Source: Bacteroidales bacterium (GTDB lineage Bacteria; Bacteroidota; Bacteroidia; Bacteroidales; UBA3663). From it: 56,134 nucleotides of DNA. The stretch's first letter is position 1, and every line of letters starts with the position of its first letter. Where the stretch lies: contig JAGBQS010000051.1 in assembly GCA_017632695.1 (NCBI GenBank), positions 1 to 56,134 of the forward strand, given 5' to 3'. Under the pieces are notes generated by a model, which searched no databases, was not told the origin of the DNA, and saw nothing but the letters and a program-made list of their open reading frames with translations. Both the position numbers and the translations under genes were made by a program. Positions 18,342 to 26,962 of this stretch are shown piece after piece.

Positions 18342-19835
18342 ATGCTTATGAAAACCATTTTGAAACTTAAATACATGTTCTCTGTGCTGGCTCTTTGGGC
18401 TGGCATGGGGAACATGCTATATGCACAGACGGATCTTGATCGCCTGAAACAGCAGTTCGAAGATCAGGCTTCGGAAGATGTGAATGCTTTTGAGGCGTTC
18501 AGCGATTCCGCCCGTCAAGCTTATTTTGACTATGTCCGCCAACAGCAGCAAGACTACGAAATGTTCGTAGACGAAGTGAAGGACGTTTGGGGTAGTGATT
18601 CCATCGTTGACAATACAAAGACCAAGTGGGTTGAGTATGGAAATGATTATCGTAGCCGTAGTGTTGTTGATTTCGAGAATGGAACGATTGAGGTCGAAGT
18701 AGCCGTTGACGAGGATGCTGATGAAGAAGAGGTGCAGCAGCAGCTTTCAGAGGCGGTAGCTCGTCTGCTTGACAGCCGCGGTAGTACGAATCCCAATCAT
18801 TCTTCGGTTGATTTCTCTCAGCCGGTGAGTCAGCAGCCTATTTTGAAGGGGCTGGTTGATTTGAGCCCGTATAATTTCAATGGTGAGATAGACTGGAAGA
18901 GCCCCTTGAAGCAGGAGAACGAGATGACAGAGCGTCAGATTCGGCGCAGATTGCCTGTCCAGGCTAAGTCGAGAACGGATTCTCTGAATGTACGAAAGGG
19001 TGGCGCTGTTGCTCCACCAGCACCCCGTTCGGGCAAGACAATGGCGGAAAAGGTCAAGGAAGATGAGGCCAGACGCGTAGCCGAGGCTGCTGCCCAGCAG
19101 GCTTCAGGCCGTAATTCGCGTTCATCGGGGACAACTAACCCCCAATCGGCTAAGAGTTCCTCAGCAGAAATCCTGATTACCAAGGAGGAGGCAGCTGCCA
19201 GCATAGTGCAGAGTTCGAAGAAATCCACATCGACCGTAAAGGGCAAGGATGGCAAGACTAGAAAGACTGCTACCGTAAAGATGGCAATGGCCACCGAGAG
19301 TCTATCTAAACGTGCCGAACAATTCAAGGATCTGGTGCAGGAATTCAGCAAGACGTTCCAAATAGAAGAGCCGCTTATTTATGCTATTATGGAACAGGAG
19401 TCGAGCTTCAATCCCGAAGCCAAGAGTTGGGTGCCTGCATATGGACTTATGCAATTGGTTCCGACGTCCGGTGGTGCCGATGCCTATCGTTTTGTGTATA
19501 AAAAGCAATATGCACCAACAAGCAGTTACCTGTATGTGCCGCGAAATAATGTAGAATTGGGTACCGCCTATTTGCGAGTGCTGATGAATCAGTTCTCGAA
19601 GGTAAAAGATGAAGGTTGCCGCCGTCTGTGTGTCATTGCCAGCTACAACACAGGAGCGGGAAATGTGAGCAGGGCCTTTATCGGTTCTACCAAACTTTCG
19701 AAGGCATTTGACAAGATTAACGAAATGACATACGACCAGCTTTATAATTACCTGACGCATAATCTCAATACCGATGAGGCTCGTAATTATGTAAGCGGAG
19801 TTTCAAGACGTAGGGAAAAGTATATAAAAAAATAA
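18342..19835 (+). CDS. Membrane-bound lytic murein transglycosylase (MltC-like, SLT domain)
   Basis: 497 aa with a signal peptide. The catalytic region is PLIYAIMEQESSFNPEAKSWVPAYGLMQLVP...IASYNTGAGNVSRAF. A long low-complexity linker occupies the middle. Confidence 0.85.
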   Translation: MLMKTILKLKYMFSVLALWAGMGNMLYAQTDLDRLKQQFEDQASEDVNAFEAFSDSARQAYFDYVRQQQQDYEMFVDEVKDVWGSDSIVDNTKTKWVEYGNDYRSRSVVDFENGTIEVEVAVDEDADEEEVQQQLSEAVARLLDSRGSTNPNHSSVDFSQPVSQQPILKGLVDLSPYNFNGEIDWKSPLKQENEMTERQIRRRLPVQAKSRTDSLNVRKGGAVAPPAPRSGKTMAEKVKEDEARRVAEAAAQQASGRNSRSSGTTNPQSAKSSSAEILITKEEAAASIVQSSKKSTSTVKGKDGKTRKTATVKMAMATESLSKRAEQFKDLVQEFSKTFQIEEPLIYAIMEQESSFNPEAKSWVPAYGLMQLVPTSGGADAYRFVYKKQYAPTSSYLYVPRNNVELGTAYLRVLMNQFSKVKDEGCRRLCVIASYNTGAGNVSRAFIGSTKLSKAFDKINEMTYDQLYNYLTHNLNTDEARNYVSGVSRRREKYIKK

Positions 19836-19902
19836 AATGCTTTCTCAGACCTGTTACCCTTACACCCTTCAAAAAACCTTATAACCTCAAAACCTCAAAA
19901 CT

Positions 19903-21828
19903 ATGTATTGTCCAGAATGTGGAACCAAAATAGATGATGATTGTCGGTTTTGTCCGGAATGCGGTACGCAAATTGTATCGGATGAGGAGGAAACGGCAGT
20001 TCAACCTTCGCAACCAGTGGCTGCTACCCCCCAGGCTACAGATACGGCTCCTTTTGCAAACCCTTCGGCTAATGTGGAGGAAGATATTACAGAGCCGGAT
20101 CCAGTAGAACCACAAGACGGTAAGGAAGATCCGCTTCCGGAACCTGTCTGCTGGGGTTTGATACTGACCAATGTGAAACTGTTGGCCCTGAAGTTTAATG
20201 TGACGGAAGACCAGCTGTTGGGGGTGTTCAAGCAGTTTATACATTATAAGCGTACCATTGGCATCAGCTACCAACTCATCGATGCAGGTAACTATACCTA
20301 TCATAAGCACGGCTTTTTCAGCAAGCCTAAAACAGTGAGCCTGACGGCCAATGATTCATGGTCGGACTATGGAGCTTTGCTTATGGATATGCATGAGTAT
20401 GAGGTGTCAAAGAAACTGCCGGAATCGCAATATCTGTTTATTGTGGGATCGGAGGATATAGTTCCTATGCCTGCCATCCGTACTTATTTGAGCAAGGAGG
20501 TGGAGAAGGACCGAACCATCGATACGGATCTCCTGTATGCGTATCCTTATGGCCCGGAGATGTTGCAAAAACTGGAAACGCTTGATATCTATCGTTATGA
20601 GGCATTGTTCTATGTAGGACGTTTGCCACTGGCTACGGATGCTACAGTTGAAGATTTGGTATCATACCTGAATCGCGACATAGCTTGTCAGGAAGGAATT
20701 CCGGTAGACGAGATGTATGCCCATTGCGATATGAACTGGAAGAATACGACGGCTCATGAGGTAAAGGTGATTCGCGAGCAGCGTCTGTTCCCGGTTTGGA
20801 AGGTCCAGTTCCCACAAAATTCGTACTACAATGATTTGTTCCTTTCTCCCCCATTGAGATTTGATACGGATAATAAGGAGTTCATGACTCAGAGATTCTT
20901 TAACATTGATGCCAATCTCTTCCTGTTTAATCTGCATGGCTGTCCGACGGCACATGTAGGACATTATAGTGCCAGTTATCCGAACCATAAGGATTGGGTA
21001 GATGCAGTACATCCAAAGTTCGTACAGCAATGTAAATACCCAAACATTATGGTAAGTCAGGCTTGCTATGGCGGACGTTTTATTGGCGAAAAGAAAGATA
21101 CCAGTATGATTATGTCGGCTCTCAGTAACCAGACTTTGGCTTTTGTTGCCTCATCGCGTTCAGCTTGGGGTAGCGTGGATTGTCAGGGAAGTACTCCGGA
21201 TAACGCTCCGATGGCATTCAGCGATGTGTTGGCCAGTTATTTCTTACAGCAAGTGCTGATGGGTATGAGTGTCGGTATGGCTTTCTTCAATACCCGCAGT
21301 TACGTGTTCCAGTACAGAGGAGACGGCAATCCTCAAGATGCCGTCACTATAGCGGAGTTCAACTTGTTTGGTGATCCGACCTTGTTTGGCAATACTGATG
21401 TGGATATTCAGGACAAAGCTCAGACTACGGCTGGAGCAAAAGTTTCGCGTCCTTTAGGAACCAATCAGAAGTCGGCATCCAAAATAGCCTCGGCCAGAAC
21501 CGCCTTTTCTGGAGGAAACAAGGCTCCATTAGCTAAGCCAGACCAGAAATTGGGTGTTAAGACTGAGGTGCTGCAAAGTAAGGCTGCCGGAGGACAGCAG
21601 AGTCTGCTTGATCAGGTTCGCAGTCAGGTGGATGCAAATATGATTGCTATCTGCAAGACGATGGGCCAGCATCTTTATGCTCAATATGGCATAGAGGCAC
21701 GGGAACCAAGCTGTGTTTTGCGCGATACATATCCGGACGGACATCGGGAAATTAAGGCGATGTATGACGATATGATGGTTTCGGCTGATGAACACGGAAA
21801 AGTGCTCGAGGTTTCGGCACTGAAATAA
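19903..21828 (+). CDS. Zinc-ribbon protein fused to a gingipain/caspase-like (clan CD, peptidase C25-like) domain; no signal peptide
   Basis: 641 aa starting MYCPECGTKIDDDCRFCPECG. The C25-like motif order is YLFIVGSEDIVPMP, DTDLLYAYP, YVGRLP, FLFNLHGCP (His345, nt 20935-20937), MVSQACYGGRF (Cys388, nt 21064-21066) and FNLFGDPTLF. Confidence 0.7.
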   Translation: MYCPECGTKIDDDCRFCPECGTQIVSDEEETAVQPSQPVAATPQATDTAPFANPSANVEEDITEPDPVEPQDGKEDPLPEPVCWGLILTNVKLLALKFNVTEDQLLGVFKQFIHYKRTIGISYQLIDAGNYTYHKHGFFSKPKTVSLTANDSWSDYGALLMDMHEYEVSKKLPESQYLFIVGSEDIVPMPAIRTYLSKEVEKDRTIDTDLLYAYPYGPEMLQKLETLDIYRYEALFYVGRLPLATDATVEDLVSYLNRDIACQEGIPVDEMYAHCDMNWKNTTAHEVKVIREQRLFPVWKVQFPQNSYYNDLFLSPPLRFDTDNKEFMTQRFFNIDANLFLFNLHGCPTAHVGHYSASYPNHKDWVDAVHPKFVQQCKYPNIMVSQACYGGRFIGEKKDTSMIMSALSNQTLAFVASSRSAWGSVDCQGSTPDNAPMAFSDVLASYFLQQVLMGMSVGMAFFNTRSYVFQYRGDGNPQDAVTIAEFNLFGDPTLFGNTDVDIQDKAQTTAGAKVSRPLGTNQKSASKIASARTAFSGGNKAPLAKPDQKLGVKTEVLQSKAAGGQQSLLDQVRSQVDANMIAICKTMGQHLYAQYGIEAREPSCVLRDTYPDGHREIKAMYDDMMVSADEHGKVLEVSALK

Positions 21829-21888
21829 CCCGTTTTGGGTAATACATACAACAAACAATGAATATTATTAACTATTAAATACTAGACT

Positions 21889-23508
21889 ATGGAAAATTGT
21901 CCTAAATGTGGTGCTCCATTGAAGCCCAACGCCAAGTTTTGTACAAAATGCGGATTCAAGATTGCCCAGCAGGAACCGGCTCCGGATCCAACTTCTGCTG
22001 CTTCGGCCAATACTGCAACAGAAGATGTTGCGGTTAATGATTCGCAGCGTATATACTGGAATATTCAGCCAGGTCAGGTTGCCCGTGTAATCAGTCAGGC
22101 AGAATTAGAGAAATATAGTAAGGTGAGAGGTGTAATGATCACCGAAGGAACAACTGCTTATATACGAGCCAATGGTGTGACTGTGGCGTCTTTGAGCGGC
22201 GGCGTTTACGATTTGGTTGATGAGAATTACAAACCGTTGCAGGCAGCTATCCAGAATGCATCTGAAAGTGTCGGCAATGCAGCAAGCGGAGCGTGGAACT
22301 TCGTGCTTAACCTGTTTAAAAAGAAACCGGATGGTCAAGCCAAAGCAGAGCCTACCGAATTGGAGCGACATCAGGAGGAACAGAAGAATCTGCACCAATT
22401 GGCCCGTAGCGGCGCATCGTTTGAAATCATCATTCTTGTTGATAAGGGCTTCCCGCTCTTGGTGGGTGCCAAACAGGAGCAGTTAGATGATTACAAGACT
22501 TTCAAGCCAATGTCGATAAAAACCCGTTATCTGGAAATGAAAATGGGCTTGAATGCCTATTTCCGTATCACCCAACCAGAGGTGTTTATCCGTCATTTCC
22601 TGACTTCAACAAAGGTGCTGAATACTGCCCAGATTCTTGACGAAATTTGCAATCCGATTCGTGTTGCCATGCAAGAAGCTTTGGAGGATAAGGAATGGGA
22701 CGGAACCCAGTTGCCGGATGCTTTGCGCCGTTCTCTGAAAGATGTATTGAATCAACTCGATCTCTTTGGCTTGAGCATACTCCGTATTGTTGAGATATCG
22801 AGCAGCAACGAGGATTTGGAACGCTTCTCTCAGTTAAGTCGCGAGATGTATCTCTCGGAAAAGGAGCTTGATTATCTGCGTCGTTCCAATGATTTCAAGA
22901 ATCGTTTGGCAGATGTAACCAATGCACAGCGTCTGACTGAAGCTCGTACACAAGCCGAATTGGATCAGCAGTTAGATGCCATCAATCGGGATAATCTGTT
23001 GCGGGCAGACGAAATGGAGGCACTCAAGGCTCAGTTGACAACCAATGCCCAGCAGCGGGAACAGGCTTTGCGTATGATGCGCTTAAAGGATGACGAGGAG
23101 TATGAGCGGATCCGTACGCAGGGACAATTGGACCGCCAGCGTGCAGCAGCAGAACAGCAACTTGAACTGCAGCGCAAAAAACAGGAACTGGAATTCCAGC
23201 AGATGCAGCGAGAAGAAGAACTGAAAGCTCAGAAACGCAAACAGCAGTTCGAAATGTTCCAGCAGATGACTGCATCCCAGCATCAGCATGAAGAGGAAAT
23301 GGAACGCATGAGAGCTCAGAATAATGCCGATCACGAACGCGAAAAGGCAGAGCGTGAAAAGGAATTCTCGGAGCGTATTCAAGCGCAGCAACAGACATCT
23401 AATGACCAGATGTTCCAGTTGTTACAGACGATGATCCAGAGCAATGGAACAGCGCCTGTCGTCCCTAATCCAAATGGGCAAGGAAATAATAATTCCGGAA
23501 ACAAATAA
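21889..23508 (+). CDS. Zinc-ribbon protein with an SPFH/band-7-like (YdjI / virion-core-like) domain and a long Q/E/R-rich coiled coil
   Basis: 539 aa starting MENCPKCGAPLKPNAKFCTKCG. SPFH-like segments are TEGTTAYIRANGVTVASLSGGVYDL, MGLNAYFRITQPEVFIRHFL and FGLSILRIVEISS. Residues about 330-510 are heptad-like and rich in Q/E/R/K. Confidence 0.62.
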   Translation: MENCPKCGAPLKPNAKFCTKCGFKIAQQEPAPDPTSAASANTATEDVAVNDSQRIYWNIQPGQVARVISQAELEKYSKVRGVMITEGTTAYIRANGVTVASLSGGVYDLVDENYKPLQAAIQNASESVGNAASGAWNFVLNLFKKKPDGQAKAEPTELERHQEEQKNLHQLARSGASFEIIILVDKGFPLLVGAKQEQLDDYKTFKPMSIKTRYLEMKMGLNAYFRITQPEVFIRHFLTSTKVLNTAQILDEICNPIRVAMQEALEDKEWDGTQLPDALRRSLKDVLNQLDLFGLSILRIVEISSSNEDLERFSQLSREMYLSEKELDYLRRSNDFKNRLADVTNAQRLTEARTQAELDQQLDAINRDNLLRADEMEALKAQLTTNAQQREQALRMMRLKDDEEYERIRTQGQLDRQRAAAEQQLELQRKKQELEFQQMQREEELKAQKRKQQFEMFQQMTASQHQHEEEMERMRAQNNADHEREKAEREKEFSERIQAQQQTSNDQMFQLLQTMIQSNGTAPVVPNPNGQGNNNSGNK

Positions 23509-23544
23509 TTAAGATAGCATCGTAATCAGTAAAAACAATCAAAT

Positions 23545-24606
23545 ATGGAACGTGTAAAAAATTGTCCTGAATGTGGCGAACCTATTGGTCCAGATGAGAA
23601 CATTTGTCCGGTTTGCCAATACGAACTCACACCGGAAGAGCAAGGGTTGGATCCTCAGCCGGATACTTCAGAAATGCCGGCTGCACCAGAGGCACCCGCT
23701 TTTGATATGCCGGAAGCTCCGACTATGTCTGATTTCAATCCTTTTGAATCCACAGGAAATACAAAACCCGGCGGATCTGCCAACGGAGGTGAAACAACTA
23801 TCATGAGTACAGGATCTGTTGACAACAGCAGCCATGTTTCAAATAGTGATTCGCACAATACAAATGTAGTTGACAACAGTCAGACTTCCAATACGGTTAA
23901 TAATACCAGCAACAGTGTGACCAATAATCAGACTACCAATGTCTTTATCATTGGAGGTGGCGATGCGCCTGTGCCTCAAGGCCTGGATCCGAATACGGCA
24001 GCTGCTATTGCTCAGGCTCAGCAGACTAAGAAACCTCGGAAGCCGAATGTATCAGCTGAATCTGATGATACCTCCGCATCTGGGGCCAAAGGTGTCGGCT
24101 CGATATCAGGAGGCCCGGCTTTCCAGCCGCAACCCGCAAAAAAAGGCAGCGGAGGCGGATTAGGAGTCGGTCTGATTGCCGGGATTGTAGCGGGTATTCT
24201 GGTTATTGCAGGTATTGCCTATCTGTTTTCTGGAAACGGGTCGGATGTGCAGAGTCCGGTTCCTCAGTCTACTCAAGATGTCGTTACTCAGCCAGCGTCA
24301 CAGCCGGACGTTCAGCCAGTTGTTCAGCCGGTAACAGAGAAACCATCTGTTAATGTTGTTCAAGAGGCTCCAGCGACGGAGAAACCTGCTGTTCAAGTCC
24401 AAGAACCTGCACCTGTTGTTGTGGACGAAGACTTCGAACTGGGAATGAAGGCTTTCGATGCAAACGACGGTTTGACAGCTTTGAAATATTTCGAAGCATC
24501 GTATGCCAAGGGTAATCAACAGGCTAAGCGAATGTTATATACCATTTATAAAAATGGATGCGGGTCTGTGGCTAAGAATGAATTGAAAGCAGAAGATTAC
24601 GAGTAA
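23545..24606 (+). CDS. Bitopic membrane protein: N-terminal zinc ribbon, N/S/T-rich region, one TM helix, Pro/Gln-rich spacer, C-terminal Sel1-like repeat
   Basis: 353 aa. Zinc ribbon: NCPECGEPIGPDENICPVCQ. TM helix GLGVGLIAGIVAGILVIAGIAYLF is preceded by KK. C-terminal repeat: GLTALKYFEASYAKGNQQAKRMLYTIYKNG. Confidence 0.62.
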   Translation: MERVKNCPECGEPIGPDENICPVCQYELTPEEQGLDPQPDTSEMPAAPEAPAFDMPEAPTMSDFNPFESTGNTKPGGSANGGETTIMSTGSVDNSSHVSNSDSHNTNVVDNSQTSNTVNNTSNSVTNNQTTNVFIIGGGDAPVPQGLDPNTAAAIAQAQQTKKPRKPNVSAESDDTSASGAKGVGSISGGPAFQPQPAKKGSGGGLGVGLIAGIVAGILVIAGIAYLFSGNGSDVQSPVPQSTQDVVTQPASQPDVQPVVQPVTEKPSVNVVQEAPATEKPAVQVQEPAPVVVDEDFELGMKAFDANDGLTALKYFEASYAKGNQQAKRMLYTIYKNGCGSVAKNELKAEDYE

Positions 24607-24645
24607 CCTTTATACATTATTAATATATAGAACATAAAAACTAAT

Positions 24646-25626
24646 ATGAAAAGGCTTTTTTTATTTCTATTGACGATAAGTACAACGGTGAGTGTCATGA
24701 TGGCAGCCTCAACACCAGTCATGTATGTTGAGTATTTCTTGACGGCCCATGAAAATTATTTGCCATATATAGAAGAGGTGCGCAGTGCAGTAATGGATGG
24801 CATTGGTCTGACGCAACGTTTTACGTTGGTCGATGTTTCTTCGCAGCAATCTTTGCAAATTGAGGAAAGCCGTCGTTCAAGTCTTTCGAATATGCCGGAT
24901 TCATTGTCTCGAAACGGCATTATGAAGCAGTTAGGTGCCAACTACATTCTTTCCGGGCATCTGCATACCTTAAGTTGCGATGAGTCTTCGTTTGGCGAGG
25001 ATGTTATTGGTTATATGGCTACCATTTCGCTTACACTGAAGATTATTGATACCAGCAATGGAGCGACTGTGGCACTTGAAGATATCAAGTTCCTGGGTCA
25101 GCATGGCGGTTATGGCAAGAATCCGAACGATGCTGTAACAAGCCTCATGAAACATGTTCAGAAAGCCATGCCTCCTTTCATCAATGCCGGATTCCCTGTG
25201 GAAGGTGTGGTTGTTGATACAGACTATACCATTAAAAAAGAAGAGATGACTTCTTGCTATGTTACGATGGGCAAGGAACACGGTATGTTCGAAGGGTTGC
25301 GTCTGAATGCCTATGAAACTAAGTTCATTGCAGGAGAAAAGGTATTCAAGTCGAGAGCCACGCTTGTTGTAATTGAGGTCGTGAGTGACCGTCTTTGCCG
25401 CTGTAAAGTGGATCAAGGCAATGAATTTCTCGCTACTGCAATGAAGGCATACAAGAAACTGGCAGCCGTAGATCCGGATAATGCCCAGCCAATTGTGGTC
25501 CGTCCTTCAGTGAAGGAGTATGTGCCAGACAACTCGAAGGCTTTGAATAAGGCGCGTGTCGGAGCCGGAAGCAGGGCTATCTACAATATCCTGAAAGAAG
25601 CTTCGCAGGATAACAGTAAAAAATAA
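24646..25626 (+). CDS. Secreted protein with a CsgG/LpoB-like (TolB-N-like) module plus a C-terminal beta domain
   Basis: 326 aa with a signal peptide. Pattern: VMYVEYF...EEVRSAVMDGIGLTQRFTLVD...MKQLGANYILSGHLHTLS...ATISLTLKIIDTSNGATVAL. Confidence 0.55.
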   Translation: MKRLFLFLLTISTTVSVMMAASTPVMYVEYFLTAHENYLPYIEEVRSAVMDGIGLTQRFTLVDVSSQQSLQIEESRRSSLSNMPDSLSRNGIMKQLGANYILSGHLHTLSCDESSFGEDVIGYMATISLTLKIIDTSNGATVALEDIKFLGQHGGYGKNPNDAVTSLMKHVQKAMPPFINAGFPVEGVVVDTDYTIKKEEMTSCYVTMGKEHGMFEGLRLNAYETKFIAGEKVFKSRATLVVIEVVSDRLCRCKVDQGNEFLATAMKAYKKLAAVDPDNAQPIVVRPSVKEYVPDNSKALNKARVGAGSRAIYNILKEASQDNSKK

Positions 25627-26951
25627 TGACTAAAATTTGTCAGACTATGAGACTTTTGAATTTTATGCAGCGGTGTTTGCTGCCGGCTATGCTTTCATTC
25701 TTTTTGTTGGGAACAGCCAAAGCCGAAAACTATTTGCAGATAGTTACCCTGAAAAATACGCAGGGTGCTGCTGCTACCTTCGAATCGAAGGGTATTCATT
25801 CTGAAAAGAAACAGGTGATAGGTAATGCTACCCGTTCAGTTTTCTATACTTTGTTTTATGTAGGTGTTGAGGGCGTCAACAACGGTCAACCATTGGTGGT
25901 GAACGAGAAGAAAGCCTATACCGATCAGTTCATTTCTGATAACGGCGACTATTGTATGTATTATGTTGTCGATCGTGTTGAATTGAGTGCACCCAAAAAG
26001 GAGGGAGGAAAGTATCGTGGTAATTATGCTATTCAGATTAATCTGAAGAAGTTGCTCTCTGATTTGGAGAAAAATGGTATTTTTCAGTCTTCCAATGCCG
26101 GTTCCAAAGACAATGTCGCAGCAGAGGATGTGCGTTCGGCTGATAACTTGATAACTCCTACGGTTATTGTGGTGCCTTATAAGAAAGAGGGAGAATCGTA
26201 TAGTGCCATTCTGCAGTCGGATGCTGATCGCCGAATCGCGGTTGCTAGGGTTCAGGACGGTTTTGAGTCCCGTAATATTACAACGGTCGATCTTGAAGCA
26301 AAGATTTCGGCTGTACAGCGGCGCAATGCTTATGAAAAGAATAGTGGCGCTGCAGACAGTAATGACAAGCAACTGCTTTTGACTTCAGGTGCCGATGTCT
26401 ATGTAACAGTAGATATCAACAAGGAAACCACTGCGGCTGGTTCTCGCGTCTCATTGTCGATGAAGGCTTATGAAACGGCCTCAGGCAGTGTGTTGGCATC
26501 GAAGGTTGCTACTCCTGTCCGATATTATCAGACTACAGCTACAGATGCTCTCTGTAACTATGCGATTTCCGATGCTTTGCAGCCGTTCCTGGATGATATC
26601 TGTAAGAATTTCCGTCCTGCAAGCGGAACCAAAGTTGTTCTTCAGTTTGCTATAGATAGCAGTTCATCGGCAACCATGAACGATCCGATGGGTAAAAATA
26701 ACTATTCTTTTAGTAATATAGTCCGTCAGTGGGTACGTAAAAACAGTTATCAGGGCAAATATCATCTGCAGGGAGTTATGGACGAGAGCATGATTTTTGA
26801 TTATGTCACTATTCCTCCGAAGGATGAAGATGGTCTGCGCATGGATGCTGCTCAATTTGCTTTCTTGTTGGAACAGTATTTGAAAGAGACAGAAGGTATC
26901 AGTTGCAGCAGTCGCGTGGATGGTAATAATATCTTGTTTACGATTTTTTAA
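25626..26951 (+). CDS. Secreted protein of unknown function with a central CsgG/LpoB-like module
   Basis: 441 aa with a signal peptide ending GTAKA-EN. Its start overlaps the upstream stop (TAATG). Pattern: PTVIVVPYKKEG...RIAVARVQDGFESRNITTVD...SGADVYVTVDINKE...VSLSMKAYETASGSVLAS. Confidence 0.5.
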   Translation: MTKICQTMRLLNFMQRCLLPAMLSFFLLGTAKAENYLQIVTLKNTQGAAATFESKGIHSEKKQVIGNATRSVFYTLFYVGVEGVNNGQPLVVNEKKAYTDQFISDNGDYCMYYVVDRVELSAPKKEGGKYRGNYAIQINLKKLLSDLEKNGIFQSSNAGSKDNVAAEDVRSADNLITPTVIVVPYKKEGESYSAILQSDADRRIAVARVQDGFESRNITTVDLEAKISAVQRRNAYEKNSGAADSNDKQLLLTSGADVYVTVDINKETTAAGSRVSLSMKAYETASGSVLASKVATPVRYYQTTATDALCNYAISDALQPFLDDICKNFRPASGTKVVLQFAIDSSSSATMNDPMGKNNYSFSNIVRQWVRKNSYQGKYHLQGVMDESMIFDYVTIPPKDEDGLRMDAAQFAFLLEQYLKETEGISCSSRVDGNNILFTIF

Positions 26952-26962
26952 ATAATTGAATC

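Noticed and set aside
23024-23398. Two overlapping minus-strand ORFs (124 and 102 aa) in the 23.0-23.4 kb region
   Set aside because: They are artefacts of the low-complexity CAG/GAA-rich DNA encoding the Q/E/R coiled coil of the SPFH-like protein. The sense frame is continuous with an upstream structured domain.
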